64,000 nt of DNA from a bacterium (lineage in GTDB: Bacteria; Patescibacteriota; Microgenomatia; Curtissbacterales; GWA2-41-24): contig JAKAJD010000001.1 of the NCBI GenBank assembly GCA_021813945.1, positions 496,412 through 560,411 of the forward strand. Direction: 5' to 3'. The notes under the pieces were generated by a model. The model had not been told where the DNA came from. It did not search any database and worked only from the letters and a program-made list of their open reading frames with translations. Of this stretch, positions 46,740-57,103 are shown in pieces. Each line of letters opens with the position of its first letter. Position 1 is the stretch's first letter. A program made the position numbers and the translations under genes.

Positions 46740-47822
46740 ATGGGACACAATATTAATATAGTAAATACTCTAAAAGGCAAAAATTTAGATGCGGCGATTA
46801 TTACAAATCCGATAAATATTTTTTATCTATCGGGTTTTCGTGGCGTTTCTCCGACAGAGCGCGAGGCAATCATGATCGTTTTTAAATCCAAACCATCACT
46901 TCTTATAACCGCCAAACTTTATCAGGCAGAAGCCCAAAAGCTTAAATCGAAAAATCTTAAGATCCAAATAACAGCCGAAAGGGCCGAAGTTCAAAAAACC
47001 ATCGAATCGGCGCTTTCAAATCTTAAAGGAATTGCTTTTGAGGGGGAAAATCTCACTTTTTCGGAATATAAAAAATATCAGAAACTTCTTAAAAGAAAAC
47101 TTGTCCCTGTAAGGGATTTAGTTGAAAATCTCCGACAAATTAAAAATGAAGATGAAATTGCAAATATCAAAAAAGCTCAGGCCTTGACTCAATCGGTCTT
47201 TGATGAAGTGTTAAAAACCATAAAAGTCGGCCAACCCGAAGCAGAAATTAAAGATAACCTGGAAAAAATCGCCAAGATCAAGTCACGAGAACCGCTTGCT
47301 TTTGATCCAATCATTGCTTCCGGACCAAATTCATCTTTGCCTCATTACGTAACTGGAAACCGCAAAATCAAAAAGGGTGATGCATTACTTTTTGATTTTG
47401 GCCTAAAGTACAAAAATTACTGCGCCGATTTTTCCCGAACTATTTTTGTCGGCCGCGCTACTGAAGAACAAAAAAACATTTACACTCTTGTTGCTCTAGC
47501 CCAAAAGGAAGCGCTTAAAAAGCTAAAGACAAATATCAAAGCCAAAGATGTTTACCTGGAAGCTTTTAACCTTTTCAAAAAGAATTCGCTGGAGGACAAA
47601 TTTATCCACAGCCTAGGTCACGGCATCGGCTTAGAAGTTCACGAAAAACCTTCTCTATATGTAAAAAGCAAGGATATCCTCGTTCCCGGCATGGTTTTCT
47701 CCGTTGAGCCGGGCCTTTACATGAGCTGGGGCGGAGTCAGAATTGAAGATTTAGCAACCATAAAAAACAACCAGGCAGAAATTTTTGGGAAAAACGCGAA
47801 GTTTATTGAGCTAAACCATTAG
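46740..47822 (+). CDS. Xaa-Pro aminopeptidase (M24)
   Basis: PHY, DFG..Y.AD.SRT, HSLGHGIGLEVHE, VEPG.Y, GGVRIED. Confidence 0.94.
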   Translation: MGHNINIVNTLKGKNLDAAIITNPINIFYLSGFRGVSPTEREAIMIVFKSKPSLLITAKLYQAEAQKLKSKNLKIQITAERAEVQKTIESALSNLKGIAFEGENLTFSEYKKYQKLLKRKLVPVRDLVENLRQIKNEDEIANIKKAQALTQSVFDEVLKTIKVGQPEAEIKDNLEKIAKIKSREPLAFDPIIASGPNSSLPHYVTGNRKIKKGDALLFDFGLKYKNYCADFSRTIFVGRATEEQKNIYTLVALAQKEALKKLKTNIKAKDVYLEAFNLFKKNSLEDKFIHSLGHGIGLEVHEKPSLYVKSKDILVPGMVFSVEPGLYMSWGGVRIEDLATIKNNQAEIFGKNAKFIELNH

Positions 47823-48521
47823 CTCTTTTAGCTTCTTAGCTTCCCTTTCAAAATCCTTGTCACTATCTTTCCTCGGCCTTGGCATAGAAACTTCCATAAT
47901 GCCCCGAATAGACCCATCCACAACTACACCAATCCGATCAGCCAAAAGCACCGCTTCCTCCAAAATATGAGAAACCATAATAATTGTAATTTTTGTTTGC
48001 TTCCAAATTGCTAAAAGATCCTTGTGAAGTTCGTCGGTAGTAATCGAATCTAGTGCAGAAAAAGGTTCGTCCAAAAGTAACGCCTGGGGTTCAACTGCAA
48101 GCGCTCTTGCAATCCCCACCCTCTGGCGTTGTCCGCCCGAAAGCTCTCTTGGATACTTCTCGCTGAAATGCTGCAAGTTGACCATTTCTAAATATTTATT
48201 GCAAAGGTCATGGATTTTCTGTGCCCCATCCCCGCGCATCTTAAGGCCAAAGGCAACATTTTCCTCAACTGTAAGCCAGGGCATCAAGGCCCCGGATTGA
48301 AAATCCATACTGATCCCCATTGGTCTTTGAACTTGACCAGAAGTTGGTTTTTCCAAACCGACAATAAGCTTAAGGACAGTCGACTTGCCACAACCGGAAG
48401 GTCCCACCAAGCAAAAGAATTCCTGGTTTTTAACTTCAAGCGTAAAATCCCGAACAGCCCACTTTTCAGGCGTTGTAGGATAAGATTTATAAACTTTATT
48501 AAGGCGTATTCCGTCAGTCAA
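47811..48521 (-). CDS. ABC ATPase (NitT/TauT family)
   Basis: GPSGCGKST, LSGGQRQR, LLLDEPFSALD. Confidence 0.93.
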   Translation of the reverse strand: MTDGIRLNKVYKSYPTTPEKWAVRDFTLEVKNQEFFCLVGPSGCGKSTVLKLIVGLEKPTSGQVQRPMGISMDFQSGALMPWLTVEENVAFGLKMRGDGAQKIHDLCNKYLEMVNLQHFSEKYPRELSGGQRQRVGIARALAVEPQALLLDEPFSALDSITTDELHKDLLAIWKQTKITIIMVSHILEEAVLLADRIGVVVDGSIRGIMEVSMPRPRKDSDKDFEREAKKLKELMV

Positions 48522-49332
48522 ATTTGTACCTCTCCGCCAAATGCAATAATTTTTGCCAAATGAAAAAATTCATAAGGCCAATAAGAATTACCATCGCGAC
48601 CAAGGCTGAAATGAACGGCAAATTCTTTCCCTGATAGCTGGCGTTAACCAAAAGGCTGCCCAGACCGTACAAATCTTGGGATTGAGTCCCGCCGGGAATG
48701 TAGTTATGCAAAACCTCGGCAACAATCAAAATATTCCAACCTTGCCCCCACGCCAAAAGCGAACCCATGATAAGGTACGGGAAAACTGCAGGCAACGTCA
48801 CAGTCGTTAATTTTCTTATACCTTTTGAACCAAAAACGAAGGCTGCCGCTTCGATATCCTGGGGAATTGTTTTAAGGCCCCCTACCATACTAAAAACTAT
48901 GTTCCAAAGCATTGCCATAAAAAGAACAAAAATTGCCGCTCCTTCAAAAAAATTGACTTTAACAAAAAGAAGGACTATTACCGGAAAAAAGGCCAAAACA
49001 GGAACCGATTGGACGATATCAAAAGTTGGCAATAAAATTTTTTCAAGCCTTGGGCTTTTTGTGATAAAAAGAGCCAAAGGAATTGCCAAAATTAAAGCAA
49101 AAATATATGCCGCAGCCAATCGAAAAAATGTTGCAAAACAAGCTAAAGTAAGTCCCGTTAGAGAAAGGTCTTCTAGTTTAAGAAGTGCCCTTGAAGGCTC
49201 AATAAAATAAAAGGCTAAAAGCAAAAGAATAATTATAAAAACAGCCCAAATTCCGATCAAAAGAAAATGCTTTCTCAGTGAAGTCTCATAGCTATAACGG
49301 AAACTATGGTGGTAATGCCTAACGGTTGACAT
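48514..49332 (-). CDS. ABC permease (NitT/TauT family)
   Basis: QSVPVLAFFP, EAA loop, W..LIVAE. Confidence 0.9.
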   Translation of the reverse strand: MSTVRHYHHSFRYSYETSLRKHFLLIGIWAVFIIILLLLAFYFIEPSRALLKLEDLSLTGLTLACFATFFRLAAAYIFALILAIPLALFITKSPRLEKILLPTFDIVQSVPVLAFFPVIVLLFVKVNFFEGAAIFVLFMAMLWNIVFSMVGGLKTIPQDIEAAAFVFGSKGIRKLTTVTLPAVFPYLIMGSLLAWGQGWNILIVAEVLHNYIPGGTQSQDLYGLGSLLVNASYQGKNLPFISALVAMVILIGLMNFFIWQKLLHLAERYKFD

Positions 49333-49404
49333 CTAAAAACATTATTCCACACGTTTCTTAAAAAAATCCATTAGATTTCGCGCCATATAGTGTAAAATTG
49401 TCCT

Positions 49405-49809
49405 ATGGGCAAAAAGTACAAATTCATTTATGCCGCCATAATAATCATTTTGCTTCTCGCCTTAGGTTTTGTCGTTTTCAAAAAAGAAGTACAAGCACCT
49501 ACACGTCAAAATAATCCAGCCCCAAGCTACGCCCCAAAGGAAGCCTCCTCGTCCCCAAATATCAAAGCTCAAGACGAAATTCTTAAAAATGCCCTCAATC
49601 TCTATTTGGAAAAGAAACGGGAAAATGTTGATATGTCAAACGGGCCATGCCTTGGAAAAATTGCTGATGATTGGGTTTTGGATATCGCCCATAATCCAAG
49701 GCAATTAGTCGACAACAAACCCGAAAACCAATGCAGTGAGATCAAAAATGCTACAGCTCATCATTTTGTAGAACTTGATCCGGATGGCAAATTAATCAGG
49801 ATCTACTAA
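49405..49809 (+). CDS. Hypothetical membrane-anchored protein
   Basis: TM helix; GPCL, DWV.DIAH.PR, NQC, HFVELD. Confidence 0.75.
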   Translation: MGKKYKFIYAAIIIILLLALGFVVFKKEVQAPTRQNNPAPSYAPKEASSSPNIKAQDEILKNALNLYLEKKRENVDMSNGPCLGKIADDWVLDIAHNPRQLVDNKPENQCSEIKNATAHHFVELDPDGKLIRIY

Positions 49810-49846
49810 AGTTGTTTTTTTCAAAAGAAACTGCCATTATTAGGAT

Positions 49847-50422
49847 ATGAAGCTAAAATCGAGGCCCGGTTTCTTCATACCTTTCCCGGTCATTGCAATA
49901 ATTCTCATACTAGTTGGCGGATTCTTCCTAATTAAGCTAATCTCCAACTATATTCCTACAATAAACGCTCAAATTTCCAATAAATACCTGCTTCCAGGGG
50001 AAACGACTTCAACCTCCATTAACGACACCGGCAAGTGGCTAACACATACTAACGACAAATACAACTACACTATAAAATACCCCCAAATTTTAAGTGGCAA
50101 GTATAACTACGACACAAAAGATAGCCTTATTCTTTCCAGGGAAAGGTTCATATCCAACAAAATTGATATCACTGTAACAGTTTATAGCAAATTTGACACA
50201 GCTGACTTGAAAGATCAAACCAGGGTAGGCAATAACGGTTTTCTGTACTATCGAAATGACTTAGACGCCAAAAGCGTAGTTGTCGAGCACAATAATCTCT
50301 TTTACGCCATAGAATTTACTCAGGTAAATTACTTTACCGAAACACCCTATTTTTCCAGCTCAAACCAATTTAGGGAAATCTTCGACCTGATCCTCAAGAA
50401 CTTCCAATTCAACGACCAATAG
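49847..50422 (+). CDS. Hypothetical membrane-anchored protein (PsbP-like)
   Basis: TM helix; W.T.TN.KY.Y.IKYP; F..IL..F.F end. Confidence 0.7.
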   Translation: MKLKSRPGFFIPFPVIAIILILVGGFFLIKLISNYIPTINAQISNKYLLPGETTSTSINDTGKWLTHTNDKYNYTIKYPQILSGKYNYDTKDSLILSRERFISNKIDITVTVYSKFDTADLKDQTRVGNNGFLYYRNDLDAKSVVVEHNNLFYAIEFTQVNYFTETPYFSSSNQFREIFDLILKNFQFNDQ

Positions 50423-50548
50423 ATCTTCGATCAGAAAGCTTGGAATCTGCTCTCGCAATTTACGCGATCATCCGTAACGATTAAAGCACTAGAGACCTTC
50501 ACGCTAGAAAGCGCAAGCTAAACATTTCACAAAATGCTAGGAATAAAT

Positions 50549-50812
50549 CTAGTTCTCTCGCGGAGCTTGGGGCCTTGCTTCCGAAACAAAGATCTTCCTG
50601 CCATCTACTTCTGTACCGTTCAAATCGGCAATTGCTTTTTTAGCTTCATCGTCTGATGCCATTTCCACAAATCCGAATCCTCGAGATCTACCTGTCATTT
50701 TGTCCATCACGATGTTGCTATCAACAACTTTACCGACTTTTTCAAAAACAGCCCTAAGGCTGTCTCCAGTCATAGAATAAGGCAAGTTACCTACAAATAA
50801 TTTCGCTGCCAT
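50549..50812 (-). CDS. RRM RNA-binding protein
   Basis: LFVGNL (RNP2), RGFGFVEM (RNP1). Confidence 0.95.
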   Translation of the reverse strand: MAAKLFVGNLPYSMTGDSLRAVFEKVGKVVDSNIVMDKMTGRSRGFGFVEMASDDEAKKAIADLNGTEVDGRKIFVSEARPQAPREN

Positions 50813-51013
50813 TTAAAAAACTGTTTGTGCATTAAAGATGCACAAACGTAAGACTCAATTCACCTCCTTTACAAATAAATTCATTTCACTAATTTTCGGG
50901 AAAAGACATTAATAATATTATTTAAGAAGACCTTGCGGCAAAAACCTAACTTTCTCTAAGCAAATTGTAAATTAACTGTTAAGCGCTTGTCAATTGCAAA
51001 CACGTCTAAAGCT

Positions 51014-51062
51014 AAGGCCGGTCCTTAGCTCAAGCTAATTCTCGGAAAAAAGGTCTGGCCTT
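51014..51062. repeat. Degenerate palindromic doublet
   Basis: aaggccggtcctt (51014) and aaggtctggcctt (51050). Confidence 0.8.
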
Positions 51063-51143
51063 TATACCGCCTAGCTAATCTCTAATGTCCGATTAACTAC
51101 TGTTTTTGCCTCTTGCAAAAACAGGGCCTTTTTTGTAAATTCT

Positions 51144-51506
51144 ATGCGAGGTTACGTGCAAAATGTAAAAAAATCTAAACTGATACTAAGTTCCCGTCCT
51201 AACCTACTTACAATAAGGCCAAGCACTTCGTATACAAAAATCCTCAAAAAAATTTACAAGAATAAAGAGCTCGACTTCATTCACCTCGAAAAGGCCAATG
51301 CCACTCAAATGGCCGCTGTTATAACAGCAAGACTTATGGGCAAAAAATTTTATTGGATGCAGGAATTTACTAACCCGCCGCAAGCAAGTATCGTGACCCG
51401 TTTCTTGCTAACCCAAGCCGACAAAATCTTCGTTCACGACAGGGAAGATGCCGTGAAGCTAAAAAAATACGGGGTCAAGCCCGGCCGAGTGCACTACGTT
51501 AAATAA
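51144..51506 (+). CDS. Hypothetical protein (glycosyltransferase N-domain-like)
   Basis: DFIHL, ARLMGKKFYW, ADKIFV. Confidence 0.5.
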   Translation: MRGYVQNVKKSKLILSSRPNLLTIRPSTSYTKILKKIYKNKELDFIHLEKANATQMAAVITARLMGKKFYWMQEFTNPPQASIVTRFLLTQADKIFVHDREDAVKLKKYGVKPGRVHYVK

Positions 51507-51566
51507 AAAGTTCTTCAATTTGAAGAGCTTCCATAACTTTTGACTTTTGAGCTTTGACTTTTGACT

Positions 51567-51956
51567 TTATTCCAACACCACCCAGGGCCTTAAATCCCGC
51601 TTAGGAATTTCCGGTGCAATAATAAATTTGGTAACCGATTTTATAAACATCAAAGTAATGTAATTTACCTTTTCTCTCGAGAGCCAAAACGATTTAGGTA
51701 GATCAAGCTGGCTTTCATATTTCTTCTTGACCTCCTCAAGCTCTTCATGTCTTGGGTGGTCAAAGTAAAAAACCCTATCAACTATAAACTGTCCTACAAT
51801 CTCCTCACCTGAAACTTTTATATATACAATGTCCCCTGCTGAAACAGAAAGAAACGGTACAATTCTAATTTTTGAAAAACGGCCCTCAATCTTTTTCTTT
51901 CCGGAAAAAATTGCCTCCGCTGCTTCACTATCAAACACCGCCAAATGCTTTGTCAT
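51567..51956 (-). CDS. ASCH-domain protein
   Basis: IFSGKKKIEGR, GDIVYIK.SG. Confidence 0.82.
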   Translation of the reverse strand: MTKHLAVFDSEAAEAIFSGKKKIEGRFSKIRIVPFLSVSAGDIVYIKVSGEEIVGQFIVDRVFYFDHPRHEELEEVKKKYESQLDLPKSFWLSREKVNYITLMFIKSVTKFIIAPEIPKRDLRPWVVLE

Positions 51957-51999
51957 GTTCGGATTATATCTGATAGTGGTAAATTTAAAAACCAGCCGG

Positions 52000-52884
52000 C
52001 TATAAATCTAACCCCTTGAGGTAATCACGCAGCTCAGAATTGACATCCTCGTGCATTAATCCATGGTCAATTACGGTCTTTAGATACCCAATTTTAGACC
52101 CGCAGTCATAGTATTTGCCGTTTTTAATCTCAATTGCATGGACTTTTTTGCCATCCTTCATCATATTGTTGACTCCATCCACATAATAAAGTTCCTTACC
52201 TTTATCAATAGTGTCTGGAATTGCACGCTCTAGCGCATCAAAAATATCCGGCGTAAATAAAAATCCGGAAACCACAGCTAAATCCGAAGGCGCCTTACCG
52301 GGCCCTGGCTTCTCGATAAATTGACTAACATCAATTACGCCTTCATCAATCTTCTTTCCACCAACATAACCGTATTTTTTAGTATCTTCAGGATTTGTTG
52401 TCCTGATTCCGGAAAGAATTGACGTACCGTATTTTTCGTAAGCGTCTATCATCTGGCGAGTTCGAGACGGTTTTGCCGCCACAAAGTCGTCTCCCCAAAG
52501 CATTACAACCGGCTCGTCGCCGACAATTTCCCGCGCAACCAAAAGCGCGTGGCCATTCCCAAGCGCTTCTTTTTGCCTCACATATACAAAGTTGGCAAGC
52601 TCCGAAATCCTTTGTACTTCCTCAAGCATCTCCATCTTACCATCCTTTTCCAAGCGCGCTTCAAGTTCAAAATGTTTGTCGAAGTGGTCCTCAATCGCTC
52701 GTTTGTGCCAGCCGGTAACCAAAATAACCTGTTCAATCCCTGCTTCAATCGCCTCTTCAACCACATATTGGATAATCGGTTTATCGACAACAGGCAACAT
52801 TTCCTTGGGCATTGCCTTTGTTGCCGGCAAAAACCTTGTCCCAAAACCCGCCGCAGGAATAACTGCTTTTCTAACTTTCTTCAT
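52000..52884 (-). CDS. galU: UTP-glucose-1-phosphate uridylyltransferase
   Basis: PAAGFGTRFLPATKAMPKEMLP, Q.EALG.GHA, EKP. Confidence 0.95.
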   Translation of the reverse strand: MKKVRKAVIPAAGFGTRFLPATKAMPKEMLPVVDKPIIQYVVEEAIEAGIEQVILVTGWHKRAIEDHFDKHFELEARLEKDGKMEMLEEVQRISELANFVYVRQKEALGNGHALLVAREIVGDEPVVMLWGDDFVAAKPSRTRQMIDAYEKYGTSILSGIRTTNPEDTKKYGYVGGKKIDEGVIDVSQFIEKPGPGKAPSDLAVVSGFLFTPDIFDALERAIPDTIDKGKELYYVDGVNNMMKDGKKVHAIEIKNGKYYDCGSKIGYLKTVIDHGLMHEDVNSELRDYLKGLDL

Positions 52885-53020
52885 ATTAGGTAAGTGTAAT
52901 TATCTCTCTATCAGTTAACCAAAATCAACAACATTTATTTCCAATTCTTAATTCTTGCTTCTTGATTAAAAATTCTGTTATCATACTCGCTAACCTTGAC
53001 AATTGAAGGGAGATTTCTTA

Positions 53021-53215
53021 GTGGCATTTAATCCGTTAACATACGTCAAAGAATCGAAAGCTGAACTCGAAAAAGTTATCTGGCCTACCCGCCAGGAAAC
53101 TTTACGATTAACTGTAATAGTTCTTTTAGTTGCAGTTGTGGTTGGCGCTTATGTTGCTGGCCTTGACACAATTTTTACTAAAATAACCGAAAGCCTTCTT
53201 AAGGTACACAAGTAA
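53021..53215 (+). CDS. secE: Preprotein translocase SecE
   Basis: [11 protein letters not shown] plus TM helix; upstream of nusG; GTG 53021 is the likely start. Confidence 0.93.
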   Translation: MAFNPLTYVKESKAELEKVIWPTRQETLRLTVIVLLVAVVVGAYVAGLDTIFTKITESLLKVHK

Positions 53216-54126
53216 TGGACGACCAGGACGACAAGAAAATACAAGAAGATATAGCTGAAGAGGTTCCACAGGTTGTGGAAGAAAACAGCGCGGAAGAAAC
53301 AATGCCAACGGAGGATCAGTCGGAACCGTTGGAGGATCAAGCAACTTTTGCCCAGCCAGAAGACCAAGAGCCTTCTGAAAATCAGCCTTCTGGGGAAGAT
53401 CAGCCACAGTCAGAAGAAGAATCGCAAGAACTAGCATCTGAGCCAGAATCACCAAACGACCGAAACGCCGAAGAACAAAAAACCGCAGAAGAGCCAGTTG
53501 CAGACGAAGCTTCCGAATCAGTGGATCAAGCTGAAGAAAACCCGGAGGAATCTGAAATCCCAACCCCTGAAGAAAAACCGGCGCCCCAAAAACCCAAAAC
53601 CCCTGGTGCCAATTGGTACGTAGTCCACACCTACTCGGGTCATGAGTCAAAAGTCGCCGCTACCCTAAAACAAAGGGTGGACTCGCAAAAACTTTCGGAC
53701 AAAATCTTAGACATACTTGTCCCTACACAAGAAAAGATCGAAATAAAAGAAGGTAAGAAAAACACAGTAAAAGAGAAAATCTTCCCCGGCTATCTTCTAG
53801 TTCATATGATTTTGGATGATGCCACCTGGCTTGCCGTCAGAACAACACCTGGAATAACTGGTTTTATTGGAACTTCCAACAAACCAACCCCTCTTCCAGA
53901 AGACGAGGTTGAAACCATCAAACGCTTCATGAGCATGGAAGCGCCGAAATTTAAAGCCGCATTTTCAGTTGGTGAGGCAGTCAAAATTACCGACGGCCCA
54001 TTTTCGGAATTTTTGGGGTCGATTTCTGAAATCGACGAAGAAAAAGGCAAACTCAAAGTTTTGGTTTCGATTTTTGGACGAGAAACACCAGTCGAATTGG
54101 ATTTCCTCCAAGTTGCTAAGCTTTAA
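53215..54126 (+). CDS. nusG: NusG with long acidic N-terminal extension
   Basis: [35 protein letters not shown]. Confidence 0.97.
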   Translation: MDDQDDKKIQEDIAEEVPQVVEENSAEETMPTEDQSEPLEDQATFAQPEDQEPSENQPSGEDQPQSEEESQELASEPESPNDRNAEEQKTAEEPVADEASESVDQAEENPEESEIPTPEEKPAPQKPKTPGANWYVVHTYSGHESKVAATLKQRVDSQKLSDKILDILVPTQEKIEIKEGKKNTVKEKIFPGYLLVHMILDDATWLAVRTTPGITGFIGTSNKPTPLPEDEVETIKRFMSMEAPKFKAAFSVGEAVKITDGPFSEFLGSISEIDEEKGKLKVLVSIFGRETPVELDFLQVAKL

Positions 54127-54157
54127 TACCAGTCAGCTATCATGGAATTCGTTGCAT

Positions 54158-54203
54158 AAGGGCAGGCCTTTGTGCTGCATAATCAGGGTTAAGGCCTGCC
54201 CTT
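54158..54203. repeat. Palindromic doublet
   Basis: aagggcaggcctt (54158) and its exact reverse complement aaggcctgccctt (54191). Confidence 0.93.
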
Positions 54204-54269
54204 AACTGAGAAGGAGGCCTCAAGAACAAGGCGGTTTTTTAACTTTTTCGAATCGTCTAAAATACATAT

Positions 54270-55184
54270 ATGCCCTTACCTCTTTATCGAAAAATTCGAG
54301 TCCCATTAATTCTAATTTCGATCTTCGTGATCCTACTCTACATCTCCACAAAAAACACCAAAAGTTACATCAACCCTTATTTTTTTGGGGCAAAAAACAA
54401 TTTCAGTGCCCTATTTTCAGATAAACCCAACAAGCAAATTCAATCTTATCTCGAAAATCAAATTTCAAATTTTCCCGGAAGTTACGGCGTCTTTATAAAA
54501 GACCTTAAACATCAAACAATTTACTCTGTAAACGAAAACCAAACATTCCAAACTGCCAGCATCTACAAGCTTGCTGTACTCTACAAAACCTATGATGCCA
54601 TTTCCAAAGGAGAAATTAAAAAAGACGATGTTTTATCTGAAGACGAATACACCTTAGATCAAGTCCTGGCACCGGATGACGAAAACACTGCAAACGGAAT
54701 CGTAACTTACAAAGTTTCAGAAGCTCTAAATTCAATGATTACAGTTTCCGACAACTATGCCGCATTGCTTTTAGCACATAAATTAGGCTGGGATAATATA
54801 GACAGCTTCCTTCACCAGCAAAATATCTCCGGTTTTGATCTTTCCGCTCCCCAACAACCAGTTGCCAGTCCGAGGGCCGTTTCTCAAATACTGGAAAAAA
54901 TTCATAACGGTACTGCCGTTGACGCCCAAAGCTCTCAAGAAATGAGAGATTTACTTTTAGATCAGACCATAAACGACAAAATTCCCAAATATTTGCCTCC
55001 AAGAACCAAGATTGCCCACAAAACCGGCGAGCTGGACAATATCCGAAACGATGCAGCCATAATTTATGGCAGAAACAGCACATACATTTTTGTTATCCTT
55101 TCCGAAGCGCCTGTACCCGAAGAGGCAACAGAAAACATCGCAAATCTTTCTAAGAATATGTACGAAAAGCTCGAGGCAAACTAG
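54270..55184 (+). CDS. Class A beta-lactamase-like serine hydrolase
   Basis: ASIYK (SxxK), SDN, HKTG; N-terminal TM. Confidence 0.87.
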   Translation: MPLPLYRKIRVPLILISIFVILLYISTKNTKSYINPYFFGAKNNFSALFSDKPNKQIQSYLENQISNFPGSYGVFIKDLKHQTIYSVNENQTFQTASIYKLAVLYKTYDAISKGEIKKDDVLSEDEYTLDQVLAPDDENTANGIVTYKVSEALNSMITVSDNYAALLLAHKLGWDNIDSFLHQQNISGFDLSAPQQPVASPRAVSQILEKIHNGTAVDAQSSQEMRDLLLDQTINDKIPKYLPPRTKIAHKTGELDNIRNDAAIIYGRNSTYIFVILSEAPVPEEATENIANLSKNMYEKLEAN

Positions 55185-55282
55185 AACTTGTTATTGCTTG
55201 AAATAATCCCGCGATTTAGCGTATACTTCATATCTGTCGACACGTTAGTAGTTAAACTTAAAACGTTAGTCGTCTTTTTAAA

Positions 55283-55708
55283 ATGGCCAAAAAGATAAAA
55301 GCAATTGTTAAACTAAATGTCAAAGGCGGTCAGGCAACCGCTGCTCCACCTGTGGGTCCTGCTCTTTCCCAGCACGGCTTGCCGATTATGGATTTTGTCA
55401 AAAGTTTCAACGACAAAACCAAAGATCAGCAAGGTACCGTTCTGCCGGTTGTTGTCACAATTTATGAAGATCGCACATTTTCCTTTTTAGTTAAAAAACC
55501 GCCTGTTGCCATTCTTATCAAAAAAACCTTAAACCTGGAAAAAGCTGCTAAAACTCCCGGCAAACAAACTGTTGCCAAGCTTGGGAAAGCTCAAGCCAGA
55601 AAAATAGCGGAAGAAAAAATGGAAGATTTAAATACCAAAGATATCGAAGCCGCAATTAGAATAGTTGAAGGCACAGCCCGCAGCATGGGTGTGGAGGTAA
55701 CCGAGTAA
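55283..55708 (+). CDS. rplK: 50S ribosomal protein L11
   Basis: A.AAPPVGPAL, GTARSMG. Confidence 0.98.
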   Translation: MAKKIKAIVKLNVKGGQATAAPPVGPALSQHGLPIMDFVKSFNDKTKDQQGTVLPVVVTIYEDRTFSFLVKKPPVAILIKKTLNLEKAAKTPGKQTVAKLGKAQARKIAEEKMEDLNTKDIEAAIRIVEGTARSMGVEVTE

Positions 55709-55735
55709 AGGAGTCCCCATTTATGGGGTTAAGTC

Positions 55736-56668
55736 ATGGGAACAACTCGCATTAAAGTCATCGATCTTTCGTCAAGCCAGCAGGAAATTAAAACTTCCCG
55801 AAAGCATGCAGAAAAACTGGCAGGTGTTCCAAAGCTTGAAAAAGAAGAAAAAGAAAAGAGGCAAGAAAAACAAGCCGAGGAAGCGGTACCTCAAGATCAA
55901 ACAGCCGAAACAGAAACAACTCAGCCGGATAAAAATTTAGCATCAGAGTCAGAAACTAAAGCCGAAGAAGCTAAAAAAGCAGCACCGGCGTCATTAAAGA
56001 AAAAGGCTCCCGGACGACATCGCGGTTCAAATTATGAAAAAGCCAAGAAATTAGTTGAGGACAAGCTCTACAGCGCCCAAGACGCGCTGGAACTTTTGCC
56101 AAAAACCTCGTTTACTAAATTCGACCCGGCCGTAGAAATGCACCTTGGCGTTTCGGAAAAAAATATTAAAGGTTCTGTTAATTTTCCCCATTTGGAAGTC
56201 AAAACAAAAGATAAAAAATACCTCGTGTTTTCAGAGAAAAAACCCCAGGCAAACGCAAAAAACGTCACATTCGCTAACGAAAAAACAATAGACGATCTTG
56301 AAAGCGGCAAGATCAAACCGGGCCGCGATTTCGACACTGTCATAGCCAGCCCTAAATTTATGCCTGCTCTTGCTAAAGTCGCCAAAATTCTAGGTCCTCG
56401 GGGCATGATGCCAAACCCCAAAAACGGTACCGTGACAGAAAATTTTGAAAAAGTCCTAGAGGACACTAAAACCGCCAGTACTTTGTTTAAGACAGACCCA
56501 TCATCTCCGGTTGTCCATATAAAAATCGGCAAACTTTCACAAAAACAAGACGAACTTACTAAAAATATGAAAGCCCTGGTTCTTGCAATTGGCACTTCAA
56601 AAATCAAAAAGGCAACTATAACTACCACTATGGGGCCAGCCATAAAGCTTGATCCCGCTTCCCTTTAA
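55736..56668 (+). CDS. rplA: 50S ribosomal protein L1 with N-terminal extension
   Basis: TKFD, LGPRGMMPNPKNGTV, TTMGP. Confidence 0.96.
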   Translation: MGTTRIKVIDLSSSQQEIKTSRKHAEKLAGVPKLEKEEKEKRQEKQAEEAVPQDQTAETETTQPDKNLASESETKAEEAKKAAPASLKKKAPGRHRGSNYEKAKKLVEDKLYSAQDALELLPKTSFTKFDPAVEMHLGVSEKNIKGSVNFPHLEVKTKDKKYLVFSEKKPQANAKNVTFANEKTIDDLESGKIKPGRDFDTVIASPKFMPALAKVAKILGPRGMMPNPKNGTVTENFEKVLEDTKTASTLFKTDPSSPVVHIKIGKLSQKQDELTKNMKALVLAIGTSKIKKATITTTMGPAIKLDPASL

Positions 56669-56836
56669 ATTTCGGCAAAATCAACTCCTTGACAGGAACG
56701 TTTGCATCTGATAATTTTCCCCTGCTATTTCCCAAAACTGCCTTTTTATTCAAACTATCATGCCGGCAAAAACCCTAATTAATATTCAAAGTTGGATCAA
56801 GCTTCGCTTGACGTTAAAAAGGAGGTGATAAAAAGA

Positions 56837-56929
56837 ATGATCGATGAAACAAGAATTATTGACGACGAAGACGACGACGAAGAAGAAAAAGACGAGGAAG
56901 AATCAGCAGATGAGGACGACGCAATGTAG
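56837..56929 (+). CDS. 30-aa acidic microprotein (not in ORF track)
   Basis: AAAGGAGGTGA SD, ATG 56837, MIDETRIIDDEDDDEEEKDEEESADEDDAM*; promoter upstream, terminator downstream. Confidence 0.7.
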   Translation: MIDETRIIDDEDDDEEEKDEEESADEDDAM

Positions 56930-56943
56930 TCTGGAAGTTTCAT

Positions 56944-56979
56944 AAAAGCCTCACGAATGTTTGTTTTGTGAGGCTTTTT
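56944..56979 (+). terminator. Intrinsic terminator
   Basis: AAAAGCCTCAC...GTGAGGCTTTTT. Confidence 0.8.
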
Positions 56980-56997
56980 CGTTGTAAAAACCTGGTT

Positions 56998-57080
56998 AAG
57001 GGCAGGCCTTAACCTATGGCTTTTGCTGCAAAAAGGCCTGCCCTTTATCGTGTAAATGAGGTAGAAAAAGACCTGACCTT
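56998..57080. repeat. Palindromic element with three cores
   Basis: Cores at 56998, 57033 and 57068 (35-bp period). Confidence 0.92.
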
Positions 57081-57103
57081 GAGTATGAAGTAGGTGATCT
57101 GTA

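Noticed and set aside
43910-52999. Intact prophage or integrative island at tRNA-Trp
   Set aside because: No integrase or phage genes, and the tRNA 3' duplicate lies only about 120 bp away
54270-55184. Antibiotic-resistance beta-lactamase
   Set aside because: SxxK, SDN and KTG are present, but the omega-loop ExxLN is not evident and the protein is membrane-anchored; only the family can be called
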